Shown here in pieces: positions 38,112 to 52,233 of a DNA stretch of 64,000 nt. The stretch is taken from the NCBI GenBank assembly GCA_001642005.1, contig LWCA01000015.1:23165-87164 (forward strand), written 5' to 3'. Source of the DNA: Intoshia linei (Eukaryota > Animalia > Orthonectida). Under the pieces are notes generated by a model. It was not told the origin of the DNA. It made no database searches and saw nothing but the letters and a program-made list of their open reading frames with translations. The number at the start of each line of letters is the position of its first letter. Within the stretch, counting starts at the first letter, position 1. The position numbers and the translations under genes were made by a program.

Positions 38112-38448
38112 TCTGACAATCGATGCAGTGAGGCCGAACGAACCGTTACAAAATTACAAAAAGAAGTGGACAGGTTAGAAGGTATAACATTTTAAATTGC
38201 ATGGCATGAATAATAATTAATAGATGACCTTGAAAATGAACGAAAAAAGTATAACAGCATGATGTCTGAATTTGAAACTGAAGTTCAAAACTTATCAAGC
38301 ATCTAATTATTAACCTTTAATGGATCTAACAATAAATTTTTTACTATCTTGGATTTCATTTTTAGATGAATTGGAAAAACAAAGAGAAAAATATAAATCT
38401 ATTAGTGATGAACTTGATCAGACTTTCGTTGAATTATCTGGATTTTAA
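38112..38448 (+). CDS. Tropomyosin 3' exons: common exon 38112-38181 and alternative terminal exons 38224-38306 and 38366-38448
   Basis: [23 protein letters not shown] is followed by either [27 protein letters not shown] or [27 protein letters not shown]. Both acceptors are in the same phase. Confidence 0.92.
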
Positions 38449-39444
38449 ATTACTCCTTTAAAACAAATAAACATTTCAAGTTAATTTATTCAAATTCAAA
38501 ATTTTTTGAAATCCTATTATTCTTAAATTCGAGTGACTAAGGTTGCCATAATTTTAAAGACTGAAGTCAACAGTATCCTGACTTTCGAGTATTTATTTTC
38601 ATTTCTTGAAGAAATTTTTTTTGCATTTAAAATTTGAAGTGGATTTTTTTTTAAAATAAACTAAAAAACTATTGGGTAGCCCCACTTTCTAACCAAAATA
38701 TTAGAATGAACATTTTCATGATCCCAGATAAAAATACAAGTCTTCTGAACGATTATTTTTGTAGGTTATACATATACGTATGAAACATTCTGATAATCAT
38801 GATTCAATGTAATCAATTTTTCAAATTTAAAATAACATTTATTTAATTAAGGACCTGCAATTTTTTTTAAAACTAAACCATGAATACCGTTTCAAACTAA
38901 AAATTTGAATTTTTATATTAACTTGATGGAAAAGAATTTTTGCTAAAATTTAAAATAGTGTACTCCAATGCAGTTTAGAAAATAAAATGTAATACAATTA
39001 ATTTAAATTGGTTTCTAATATCAATAATAATAAATAAATAATTGTTATATTGGTGGGCCTAAACTGCATAAGGCCAAAACGTAAAATTGTACTTTGAAAT
39101 CTAGAAATAATTAAGATTCGAAACAGTTTTACATAAAAAATGGCAATAGAAGCTTCAATTGTAATTTGAAAAATGTATATACGAATGTCAAACATTGGAA
39201 ATGTTCAACTAAACGACATACTTTGTGATTAGATAATACGTTAGATTTTAGAAACAACTTATTTCAAACAAGTACAATACTTGTACCACAAATTACACTC
39301 TAAATTTAAATCTGCTATCAATCATAAAAAATATATTTGTTCAAATAAAAATAAACGAACTTTATTTTTTATTAAAATAATTTTATTTATCGTTCACACG
39401 TCTTATAAAATATATTGTAAAAATAAATATAATAGTCTGATACA

Positions 39445-40591
39445 ATGGTTAGATATAGCGTACTACCCAAGAATCAACAAAATAGTAAATTTTGATTTTA
39501 ATAAATGTATAATATCAAAATAATTAACAATATAGTTGTAAAAGCTAGAATTTCAAATGCACGTGTTCATTTTAAGGTATAGTTAAAATGCATTAAATGT
39601 CAGATTTTTGTCAATTTATATTTGATTTGATGAGATTTTAATTTAATACTTAGAATACTCGCGAAACAGCCAATGCTATATCCAATATGAATTTAAAGCA
39701 GGCTATGAAATATTTGAACGACGTTAAAGAATATAAACGGTGTGTTCCATTCAGAAGATATAATGGTGGTATTGGAAAATGTTCTCAGGTTTTTTAATTT
39801 TTATTATATTTAATATATGCATATTAGGCTAAAGAATTTAAGCATTCTCAAGGTAGATGGCCTCAAAAGAGTTTAAAATTTTTGTTGGATCTGTTAAAAA
39901 ATGCTGAAAGTAATGCTGAAAACAAGGTTATTTTAAAAACTCTAAAATAAAAATGGTCAGCTTTTTTGGGGTATTTGTCCAAACTTTTTCGTCTATCTCT
40001 GCGTTTCCCAATGCGGGTTCTGTGGCTGCAGGTTCAGAAAATTTTAAAATATCCATTCATTACCTTTTAATTTGCAGGGTTTCAATTGCTGGTAAAATGC
40101 TATTTACTCTATGATGTGAACATTGAGCGTTTTTGCATGTTTTTAATAAATTTTTCAAATTAAAAATGGTATCTACTAGCAATAAGGCTTTTTAAAATAA
40201 ACCACATAAAAAAACGTGACATTCTATTACACCCATATTACATCATTTCTTTGCGTCACCTATGAGAAAAATTGACGAATTATATATTGCAATTAAATAA
40301 ATGTATTAAATATTTCTTTATAGTACTTTAATTTATGTAAAAATTAAAAATTTTAGGGTTTAGACACTGATCGATTGAACATAAAATACGTTCAAGTCAA
40401 CAGAGCCGCCACCCTTAGACGGCGAACATTTAGAGCTCATGGAAGAATTAATCGTAATATTTCTTTGACATAATTCATGGTATTTAGCTTTTATCAGCCA
40501 TCCTTGCCACATTGAATTAATGTTGGAAGAAGAAGACGCCGGCGTTTCGAAGCCAAAATCAAAAGTTAGAGAAACTGCTATTAAAAATTAA
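39445..40591 (+). CDS. RPL17: 60S ribosomal protein L17 (uL22), multi-exon
   Basis: MVRYS..., [71 protein letters not shown]. Confidence 0.96.
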
Positions 40592-43589
40592 TCTTAGTGT
40601 AAATATACTTTTTTGTAAAAGATTTAAAATACTGTGCGGTGAAATAATTATTTTAAGGATTATTAGAAATATAATATAAAAGAATATAATAGAAATATAA
40701 AGAATTATTCATGGTATCTTAACAGTTAAGACTTAACTGGTGCGATGATTCCTAAATTTTCAACGATTCGATTCTAAATACTTTTGAATCATATTATATT
40801 TATGCAAGTTTTACTCATCTTAATTGGAAGAAAAACTTACAAGGACTACAGCCAAACAAAATAATTAAAATTTTTGAAACTGTTCGTAATACGGCACAAT
40901 ACCATTATATGATAAATACGTATTTAAACTGTTATCTCAATGGATATAAAAAAATTTTCGTGAAAATGAGTGGTTTGTGCTGAATTTGAATTAAAAAAAT
41001 ATATACTAAAAAGCTTTTTGGATTATAAAGGCGTCAATTTATCAAATTAAAATTTTTTATGTGCGTCAACTGAATATAACTATCATCTGTAATTTTTTAA
41101 ACTCTAGGGATATTTTCATTGTTAAAACAAACGGTAATTCGCGTTTTTGACCGTGAAAATTACCTTTTTTGAGGTTACTTATGAATTTAAAAAGCATTCC
41201 AGAATTTATGTTGTAAAAAATTCTAAGACATTTAAATTGTTACAAAAAAGAGTAATTTGTGGTTTTGGCAATGATGTAAGATTTTAAAGTTTAACGCTTT
41301 ATTAGAACATATATTTTTTATAATTCTAAGATAGTTTGAATTTAAATACAAAGGACAACTGGAGTTTAACCTAACTCAATTTCTGAAATTTTCGATAAAA
41401 CATCACTGGAAAAACTTATATGGAATTTGTAAAACTCGACTCCCCTTACTTTCTTAAATGAACAGACATACAATTTACATTTTTAACCATTTTACTTTAT
41501 ATAAATAAGAATTTTAATAAAAATTTGCCCTAGTTATTAGTGATTTTTTGCAATCTTATATATCAATTACTTTAGTACATTACGTCGAAAATGTCTTAAG
41601 ATATTCAGTTCTAATAAACTAATTTTTTGCTGCAAACACTTAGTCTATAATTATAAAATATATTTTATCAGGTTATTTCAGTGTATTTCGTGGGTATCAA
41701 GTGTTCTAAATCTCAAATGAGATTTCGTAATAAAAAAACAGTTTATAAGACTAATAATCTATGATACAGATATTTTGGCCTCTTTACCAGAATAAAACAA
41801 ATTTAAACTTTTTTGTAACGTAGTATAAATATGCAAGAATGCATATACAAATTTATTGAACATTCAATTTTTATATACTAAACAAATTAACATTATTACA
41901 CACTTTATGTGTAGAAATTAGAGTTCTGCAACACGAACTTCGGATGGTTTTGGGTCGATTAATTTTTTAAAAAAAAGGCAATCTGAGTTTTTAATTATGA
42001 AAATGAACTATGTTGAGATTGCGATTTGTGACAATATTTATGATTTAAAAAAATCACCAAGAATGTATGTTTTATAAAATTCTAGGACTTTTTTCATTTT
42101 TCATAAAATGGTAATTTAAGGTTTTTACCCTGAAGATATACCTTTTTAAATTAAAATTGATGACAATGCTAATGGTTTTAAAATGTGTACGAATGTATAT
42201 TTTTTTTAAAAATTCTAGGATTCGTTTGATTTAAAAAAAAACATAATTGGGGTTTTTGAACGGGAAGAGGTAAATTTATTTAAATTTCTACCCGGAAAAA
42301 TTTGACTTGGAATTTTTGTTTGTATAAATTCTAGGACTCTTAGTTATTGAAAAAAACTGCAACACACAGACAAACCGACATTTAATTGTATATACTATAT
42401 AAGTAAGAATATTGTAAGCACCTTTTTTTAAACAGTGAACGAATCTAAAAATCAACTTTAACAACGGTGAAACCGACGTGAAATTTTTATTGTTGAAAAA
42501 ATGGAATTATCAATTTAAAATAATTGGGAGTGTTCACATCATGTACTGCTAAAAATCGAATATAAAATAAGTTGGAGAACCATTGATCTACTTTAATGAA
42601 GTAAACGTAGTGTCAAAAATGGGCCCTAAGTATAAAAAAATAAGATTAATCACCAAGAAATTTTTTAACTTTACGTATTAATGTATGACAGTATGTACAA
42701 CCTCATGTGTCTCTCCATGCCCCTGGCGTTAAATTAAATGTTATAAAATATATACGACTTTAAGTAATGTGATAAGAAACATAATCTTTAGTATTCAGTC
42801 TATAATGAACATCGTTACTTTTTAAAAGGTAGCATTCATTATATACTGTCAGGACTCCTGATTGTACAAGAAGGATTGTATGAGTGTTTATAAACTTTTC
42901 CTACAGTGAGTATTTTTAATTTAATTGTAATGTCAACTGACATGAAAAAAAATTCAATATTTTGGTTAAAGTTTTGAGGTGATCAAAAATTTTGTGGTCC
43001 ACCAGTGATATACAATGTGAACCATTTATTTATGCAAATTCAACAGTGTTTTTTTTATACAAGATTAATCTATTTTAAATTATACTAGCTAAAAATTTTT
43101 AAATGTTTCAAAAGTTAAATACAAAATTATCATAATTATTTGTCGGCTTAACGTTCAATAAATAAAACAGTATCAGAAAATAAACTGATCGACATTCCAT
43201 TCATACATAATATACCAAGTACAGTAGACATGCAGTATTCTGTTTTGTATTGTATAACGACTTAGTGCATTTGCATTTAGAACACTACGCTGTAATTTAA
43301 ATATGCAAATATTGTATATAAGTTATAAAGTAGTTATCGGTAACCATGAATATTGACTGAATTTGGCGCTATCTATAGTTCATATTGATACAACGAGCAA
43401 TTTATATTGATACATTATTTACTACGTCTATAGATTATATATTATATAGACAAAATATCGAATTCTATACAGTGTTTTCATACAAATTAGTACAACAATT
43501 GTTATACTACAAAATACATTGAAATACAAGGTTTGTTATACATTTTCGTTTTAATATTAAAATTGCATTTTTTCTTAACAATAACATAG

Positions 43590-44324
43590 ATGAATAATTT
43601 AACAAGACCAAAACGGCCTCCATCATCATATTTGATATTTTTGATGAACTTTCGCGATAAAATGAAACAGCAAAAGTGTGTTATAACAAATATAGAGTTG
43701 ACCAAAAAAGCTGGGCTAGAATGGAAAGAACTGGAAAGTAAAGAGGTTGATAATTTAATTAATTCATAAATTTAACAAAATTTCAGATTTGGGAAAATCT
43801 AGCTAAAAAAAAAAAAGAAGAATATGAAATTAAACTGGACTATTATATGAAAAATAGGTAATTTGATTGCTAATAATAGTCATTTTATAATTAGGACTGA
43901 GGAAGAAGCTGCTGAAGACGTACAAAATCGTCGCCGCAAAATAAATGGAAATGACAATATTAAAAAGGTATAATTGTATCTTGTGATATATAAACTTTTT
44001 ATCTAGAAAAAGAAAAAGAAAGATCCCAATCAACCTAAACGACCACAATCGGCGTACTTTTTATGGATGAATGGAAATAGAAAAGACATCAATACAAAAT
44101 TCCCAAACATGGGAATCACAATGTTTAGCAGAAAGGCGTCTGAAATTTGGAAACAAATGACTGAAGACGATAAAATAGTTACTTTTATCAAAATTTAATA
44201 ATTTTATCTCTAGAAATGGCAAACAGCTGCACAGGCTGATCGTCTGCGTTACAATGAAGAAATGAAAACTTTTCGATTAAATTCCAACAATCCAACAGCA
44301 CAGATGATCAACTCATGTGAATAG
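43590..44324 (+). CDS. Dual HMG-box protein (HMGB-like), multi-exon
   Basis: Box A RPKRPPSSYLIFLMNFR...KKAGLEWKEL; box B KDPNQPKRPQSAYFLWMNGNR...ASEIWKQMTEDDK...RYNEEM. No acidic tail. The ATG directly follows an AG, so an upstream exon is possible. Confidence 0.85.
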
Positions 44325-45038
44325 ATTAAATTTAACAATGTGATTACAATATTTATTATAGTTAACATATTTAATGTAGCAATAATGCGAAAATAAACGT
44401 ACATTTTTAATATTTTTGTATTTTTGTTACACATTATGTGTATTGTATTATCGACTACTTTCTTATTTTCAAATTTTAAGTACAATTAGTACATTATATG
44501 TAATGCATTAATACGTTTGCATTTTTCGATAGTCAATAAATTCAATAGATTTCTTAGTTCTTTATTTTTATCAAAATTTCTAAAAGCTACTTTTTCTTAA
44601 ATTTTGTAAATTATTTTATCATAATTTACATTGCCTTTTTGGAATTGATATGAAATAATTATTTCATTTAAATTTTATAGTTAACCATTTAAAAAAATAT
44701 ATAGTCTAAAATACTCTTTCTAACCAGACCAAAATTTTTTAATTGTAAAAAAATTACATTTTACAGCTAAATAATTCTCTTAAAAATTAATTAAAACACA
44801 ATAAATCCTCCGTTATTCACCCGGTCAATTTATATAGAACTAGTATAGTACAATTCTATAATTCGCCTAAAATTTTTTATATTTTTTCATAGTAAATTTT
44901 TATTTTTTAAACTGTTTAATATAACCGCCAATTAACATTATGATTATATTTAATCGTACTCATATATCCTGTATTGTTACGTTAATTAAATAACTAAAAT
45001 AACCAACTTTGATTATAATCGGTTATTATTTTAATTAA

Positions 45039-45216
45039 AGTGGCCAGAAAATACGCACTATCACTTTTAGTTTATTTGGAATAAATTTTAAGCCGAAATT
45101 TTTTATTCGTCATCATTATCACTATCACATGATGACTCATCATAGATAAGCAGTTTTGACTTTATATTTAACACCAAATAAACTAAAAGTGATAGTACGT
45201 ATTTTTTCTGGTCACT
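45039..45216. mobile_element. Palindromic MITE with Kolobok-like ends
   Basis: About 40-bp TIRs: TTAA|AGTGGCCAGAAAATACGCACTATCAC... / ...GTGATAGTACGTATTTTTTCTGGTCACT|TTAT. Confidence 0.65.
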
Positions 45217-45461
45217 TTATTTTAATTCTAAATTTATTTGTCATAGAATTAGTAGTATTATTTCAAGAATAGACTTCAAAAAACTTGAAATGAAGTACAG
45301 TATAACCTCCGATATTTCAAATCCTCATTTTGGGCGATTAACGAAGGTTAGACTGTATATAAATTGTACTAAATTTTTAAATATGTAATGTAAAATACAA
45401 ACAGATTTGTTAACGTAATATTGCTTGCCTTTTATGAATTTTGAAACTTTAAATAATTAAA

Positions 45462-48400
45462 TTAAGTGCTAAGTAATTTTGGATCCATATGACCAGCATT
45501 TCCGTAAAATCGTAGTGAGACTGAACCTTTTCCATTTATAGATATTTTTGTTACACTTGCATGATATAATGACATATCAAGCCATGAACGTGGTTCCAAT
45601 TGTAGAGCTCTAAAAATTAAAATAAATTAGAAAATCAAAATTGAATATATGGATTATCAGTCGTGGTTTGTGGTTTTAGGCGAGTTGTTCACCTATAAAA
45701 TAACAGGAATCATTTTAATATTGACGAAGAAGAGACGTTGGATTGTTTTTAACCAAGGTAAATCCAAATACAGAGTTTTTATATTTGTTTTTGCACTTTA
45801 TTCATTTATCATTATCACCTTATGATAAGACGTTATCATTACAGATTACATCTTTTCTTATACAAAATGGAATGTCTGTGTTACAGTTTATTTAAATTAT
45901 CATTTTTATATTTATTACAATTTTAATAAAAATCCAATAAAAACACGAAATATGTTTTAAAGTGCTGAGTTCGTTAATTATTAATACAAAATATTTTTAA
46001 TTTATGATAAGTCTTATCAAAAGCAGATACTGAATATTAATATTATTATTTAGAATACCATAACAATAAAAAATAAAATATCGGTACAAATCCATTTATA
46101 TTTGCTTTTTTTAAATAATTTAAGCTATTTATAACAATTTTTAGGATTATACTGTTTTTACTTTATTTTTAAGATTATACACTTATTCTCTCTAATAAAT
46201 GAAAAAAAAGGGATCACAAAATTGTTTTTAAAAGTTTTTACACAAATCTTAACAAAATAAAATTAAGTGGGAATAATTCACTTTAAAATAAAAGGTAATG
46301 TCAAATAACGGGTCCATGGTTAACAAGTTTAATGATGATAATAGTGAATAGTAGCATTTTTAAGTTAGCTTTTCTTATTTAATTTAATTTTTTGGTTGAA
46401 TTAAAAAAGTGCCCTCGGCAGAGCTAAGTACTGTTTGTACGAAGTACATAACAGTCAAGCTACTTATAATATAAAAAATTGTATAACCTAAAATTATGAG
46501 TTCAATTTGTAGACCTAATAGCTTAGTACCTAATATTAATAAACTCTGTCAGAATCGTCAGGCTCAATCGTCTCATTAATTCTAAAAAATAAATACATTA
46601 TTGTTTTTATCATTATTTTATTATAATTCGCTAGAATTTTTTTCAGTGGGGCCTAGCATAAAAAAGGTTGGGAAACACTGATTTAAGCGAAACCATCATT
46701 GATTTTGTTAATCATAATATTTATTTTTTGACAATATTTTTGTGGTTTCCTTAATGCCAATGACCAAAATTTTGTAGGGTTTTGAAGGAAATATTTTTAA
46801 AATTCTATAGAATCTTCAAAATCTTTAAAAATTGGGTAAAAAAACTTCCCTTAAAAACCCTACAAAATTTTGGTCTTAAAATTATGAATACAAGATAATA
46901 TCAATAACTAGGTTCACTTTTATGTATGACATATAAAGTTTGTACTAAAAACTCACCTAGCTTTGCCAAGGGCACATTTTTATTCTACAAAAAAAATAAA
47001 TTCACGAACATTCTTGAAAATCTAACTTAATAATCCTACTATTCACTATTATCAATTCTTTAAAAAAGTGGTTCCTAAACTTGTTTCAGGTGGAACCATC
47101 ATATCACATTACTTTTTACTTTAAAGTAAATAATTCTATCTTAATTTGTTTTTTTTGTTAGTTAACATTTGCGAAAAAAATTTTAATAACAATTTTTATC
47201 CCATTTTTTAATTTGTTAGACAGAATTGTGTGTATAATATTAAAAATAAAGTAAAAACAGTCCAATCCTAAAAATTCTCATAAATAGCATAAATTCCGAA
47301 AAAGTAAAATTATAAAAACCTATTTTGTCATTCAATACCAATATAATAAATACTTAAAAATACCAATTATGTATCAATAATTAACGGAATCAGCCCTTTA
47401 GAAACATATTTCAGGTGAATTTTACGAATATTGCAAAAATGATAATAACAAAGTTGTATTACTTTTAGTTTTAATTTAAATATTAAATGAAATGTTTTGA
47501 AAATGATAATTTGAGATTTAAAAATTGCGTAGCAATAATAAAAATTCCGAAGGAATGAATTATATAGATGTTCACCCATATTTCTTTATTAGAAATGTGT
47601 AGACGTTCAATGCACATTTTTCTTGAAATTATAGGATCAATATTTACATTTGCAATTTTTATTTTAATCGAAATATTTGAAAAAATAATGGTTGAAAATA
47701 TATTAAAAATTATTTTTACCGGGAATGCGTAAATTTCGAGGGTTGAAGTTTTGTATATCAACTGGAATAAGATCTAACAAAAAAATCTTTTTTAAAATTT
47801 TCTGACAGTTAATTATTTCACATTTTTTGTTAATAAAATATTTCGAAAAAAAATATATGAATACTAAAGTGCTTTTTTGATTGTGAGGGCGTCACTTATT
47901 CAGATTGAAATTTTGAAATTTGAAGAAATCAAATGTATGTCGTTCAAATGAATGTCGCTCCAGAGAATGAACGTCTTTTAAAAAAACTAAGAGGGAAGAA
48001 ATGATGAAATAATTATATAAAATTTTTTAATGTTGCGGCCCGCGAAATTTATAAAATGTATTTTTTGATCCCCACTCGCCATGTTATGGATCACCTTGAT
48101 AAAATTAATAGAAAGGTACACACCGAATTGTTTGACCAAATATTAATCAAAAAAACATTTTACCTTATTGAAAAACCTTCAAAACATTATATTCTAAATT
48201 CTAGAATATCAACTATTTAGTAAGTTAAATTTAAAGTGTAACTCTAGAGCCTTATAGAAGTGGCTAAAGACTATATTACTCTACGAATCGTTTGATAAAT
48301 TGGCCTCGAGATTACTAGATTTTGCTCTGATTGTATGAGATCATTACTTTCAAAGTTATGATAATCCAAAATTAAAAATATTATTTCACCAAAATAGAAA

Positions 48401-50801
48401 ATTACCAGCCATATCACAAAAGGTGTTAGAAAATAGTGATGTATATCAGGCACTCTCAACTCTTTTTCGCTCTGGACCCTTATCATAGTATTGCAAAAAA
48501 ACAATGGACCAAAAAAAATATGTACATTACATCCATTACGTATATACAATTTAGTGTGTGTTACTGTTTATTTAAAAAACACTTGTTAACCCTAATACTC
48601 CCAGATAGATTTTTCCAATTTTTTGACTTCGATTTTTCTAAAAATTTGTGAAGTTAATACATACTTGCCTATTTTTCACCATATAAAATTTTAGGTAATT
48701 ACCAATGATAGTTATGGAGTTATTTCACATTCCATATGTTCACACTGGCAGAATAAGTCAAATAAAAGCGTGTATATATAAAACCGCATCGTCAATATAC
48801 CTAATTATTTCATCAAATTGTAGCCAATACATGAATTCATCATATGGTATTCATTAAATTCAGTTATCACAACTTTAACAAAAAAAATATAAAAAATTTT
48901 TTCAGTGAATTTTTTTTTGCTTTGAAAAATCATTTTGGCCCACTGTCAGTGACACAGGAGGCTAATAGGTGAAAACCCATAACTAATATACTAATTAATT
49001 TAATTTTTCATATTTAATTAACTTTGTTTCAATTTGATACGTGTTTTTATAATTATAATGTTGTGTGACCATATGGTCACACTGGGAGTATTAAGGTTAA
49101 TACAATTTTTCAAGAGTGATGCATCATTGCAAATTTAATTTTCCAAAGTTGAGTTCAAAGACGAGTTCAAACGGTTAAAACCAATTTTATTTTTTTAAAA
49201 ATAAAATCAGCGCAATTATTAAAATAAGAATATACTTTGGAATGCGTTTGAAAGTCGTTACCATTGGCGTAAATCTTAGCCTCAGAAACTAAAATGTTTA
49301 TATTCAAAAGCCTAAATTAACACTTTTTTTTAAATGAAAATAATCCTAAATTTTTTACATCATAAATTCCTTGATAGTTTATAAAATCATAACCATTATC
49401 ATAAATAGCAATCCCAAAAAATTTTGATAGATATTTTAATTTTAATTATTTAAATATACGGTAACACACAAACATTCAATTCTTTACTTATATAAAATTT
49501 TTCATGGACTCTAAAAACTTCTGTGGACCCCAGGAGTCAACATGAACCCCGTTGAGAATGGTTGATGTATATTAGTATACCGTAATAGAAAATATCGAAT
49601 GACATTTGCATGGCAAACAATGACAGTATTTATACTTTTTTTATCCGACGGGTAACCACGTTTAATGTATTTTCTAAAAGCAGCTTCAATGCGAGGTTGA
49701 TCAACATGCTCACTCTAAAAGTCAAATATAAAAATGCAGTATTATGATAATACTATTATCTCTACATTTCGCTAATCGTTCAATAACTATTTTGGTAAAT
49801 ATTATTTTGATAGGGGAACCAAGATATGTCAAAGTTTCTAGTCGAAATCAATCCTTACTTATATAAGTAATTTAGTTAAAAATGTGTGTACAAGTATGTA
49901 TGTTTATACAAGTTATCGTTATCTTTTCGCAAAATCTTTAATATATCAAAATTACACCAAGTTTCAACATGGCGAATTAAAGAGTACTGTAGTAGATTAA
50001 AAAAATACCAATTCATGTTTACTGGAATCGTTTGAATATCGATGAGGAACGATAGGCATACCTTCAGCTAAGAGATCCGTTGATTCAGTAAGTTTTACAT
50101 CGTCAACTTCATGAAATATAATATCAGCAGTTTCTTTTGCTCGAACGACGGTTGAATGAATAAAAAAGTCAATAGAGCTTAATATGGATTTGAGATAACG
50201 GCCAGTTACCGCAGATTGCTCTCTACCTATATAAATATATTGACAAAAATGTAAAATTATAAAAATTTTAAATATTGTACTGAAAAGGTTTGAAATTAAA
50301 ATATTATTTAAAAAAACCCAATTGGGTAAGTTTTTTGTCTTTTGAATTTTTTTCTTGTATTAAATATTGTCCATGTCGTATCAAGTAAATGTTGTGTACA
50401 GGAATAGATTTGGGATCCACACCTTGGTTTTCTAACCTTAAAATAGTATAATAATGTAAAAACGACATTTTATAGTCGGTGGAACTTGAGTCGTGGATCG
50501 ATTCTTTCTTAAATTTTTAAGAAACAAAAGATTTAAAAAAATTCAATGAATACGATTATTACAAATTTAGATTTTACAACATTTAAAAGAATGTGTATGC
50601 AAAGATTGAAAAGCGACAGTATATTAATCATAGATATTACTTATCCCAGTTTGAATCCCACTTTTCAGACTTTGTAACATTAACATCAACAGAATCAGCA
50701 TACAGGAAATTTGAAAATTTTATGTTTTTTGTCAGTACAATACACATTGGTGTTATTGTTCCCACTAAAACCTTTTTTAATGTCAAAAGTTTACCAAACA
50801 T
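45462..50801 (-). CDS. PGAM5: Mitochondrial Ser/Thr phosphatase PGAM5, multi-exon, with a 4 kb repeat-rich last intron
   Basis: WDSNWD motif, IYLIRHGQY, HSTVVRAKETA, DLLAEG, PRIEAAFRKYI, IVCHANVIRYF, RALQL...SLYHASVT...GNAGHM. Confidence 0.94.
48590..49096. mobile_element. piggyBac-like non-autonomous element in the PGAM5 intron
   Basis: TTAA|CCCTAATACTCCCAG...CTGGGAGTATTAAGG|TTAA. Confidence 0.8.
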
Positions 50802-52233
50802 TATAAATCAATAAATATAAACTTTATTGAAAAATTTTAAACATGGTACATTTTTTTAACCCTTTGAGGAATACATTACACATATACATGTAAATTCAAT
50901 TTCACGAAATTTATCCATTTTACTATTTTATAATTGGTTTTTTGGATTAAATGTTTTGGTCAACCGAAAATAAAGGGTTTTTTACATTAATTTTTTAATA
51001 ATTAGAATGATTGAATTTTTATTTTTTGATATATTTTACCATATTGTGTCAATATCTCAAAGATGTAATGATGAAATAAGCAAATTTCACGTTTTACGTA
51101 TACAGCGTATGGTATACGTATATACGTTAGGGTGTTAACTTTTTTTTAAATCAAAAATACAGGGTACTACAGGGTGAGAAATGTACACTTCAGAGTCGTG
51201 GTATAGTTTTTTAAGCTTAGATTTTGAAAAAGTCCGGCCATTAATTTATTTTAATTGTATTTACCATAGTTTTTATTTTTATAATTTGATATAAGTTGGT
51301 ATAATGTAAGGGTTCCGCTTCTTGTAATTGAACTTACCCTTTTTTTTTTTTAATGAAAACAGCTCTAGAATTTAAAACTTTTTTACGGGTGGTACAGTTG
51401 TATCCTGTTAACACACACAAAAAATTTCAATCTGAATAAATGACTCTTTCACGTTCAAAAAAGCATTTTAGTATTCATATATTTTTTTCCTAAATAATTT
51501 ATTAAAACAAAAAATGTGAAATAATTAACGGTCCGAAAATTAAAAAAAAAAGATTATTCTGATAGGCTTATTCCAGTTAATATAAATACAAAAGTTTAAC
51601 CTGAGAAATCTACGCATTCCCGATGAAAAATAATTTTTAATATATTATGAACCAATTTTTAACCCCAGAAATCTACGCATTCCCGGTGAAAAATAATTAC
51701 AATGCTTTGCAATGTTGCTAAAATTCCCGAAATATGTTTTTAAAATACTAATTCAGATAATTATTGATACAAAATTGATATTTTTTACTCATTGAAAGCA
51801 GATACTGAATATACATATATATATATATATGTATTAATATCTTTAATTAAGGTGAATTGTTTTTAAAATTCTTTACACCAACGTTAACAAAATAAAATTG
51901 CATTGTAATAATTCACTTTAAATTAAAAATTAATGTGATATGACGGATCCATGCGAAACAAGTTTAGGAACCACTCCTTTGAAGGATTGATTATAGTGAA
52001 TAGTAACATTTATAAGTTAGATTTTCTTATTAAATTTATTTTTATGGTAGAATTAAAAATATTATTATCTCTTGAAAGTTTGTTAAAGATTTTGTTTTTT
52101 TCAAAATTCTAGGACTCTTAGTATTCAAACTTGTAATCAAAGATAATTAATTTAAAGATATTTTTTCAATTTCGTGTCATTTCATTATTGTTTGTATAAG
52201 ATTTGAATAAAATTTATTTAATATAAACTGAAG

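Noticed and set aside
39927-40356. Possible intronic C/D snoRNA in RPL17 (host of SNORD58 in vertebrates)
   Set aside because: I could not identify a convincing C box/D box pair with a terminal stem; a covariance-model search would be needed.
47367-47761. ORFs of 70 and 92 aa, similar to ORF 60714-60905
   Set aside because: These are chance frames in copies of the Helitron repeat; other copies carry stops and indels.
48271-48549. 92-aa hydrophobic ORF in the PGAM5 intron
   Set aside because: No recognisable family, no clear splice partners, and it is flanked by repeats; evidence is insufficient.
48690-48860. MNSCIGY peptide reminiscent of DHHC palmitoyltransferases
   Set aside because: It lies inside the piggyBac-like element, has multiple stops and lacks a DHHC motif.
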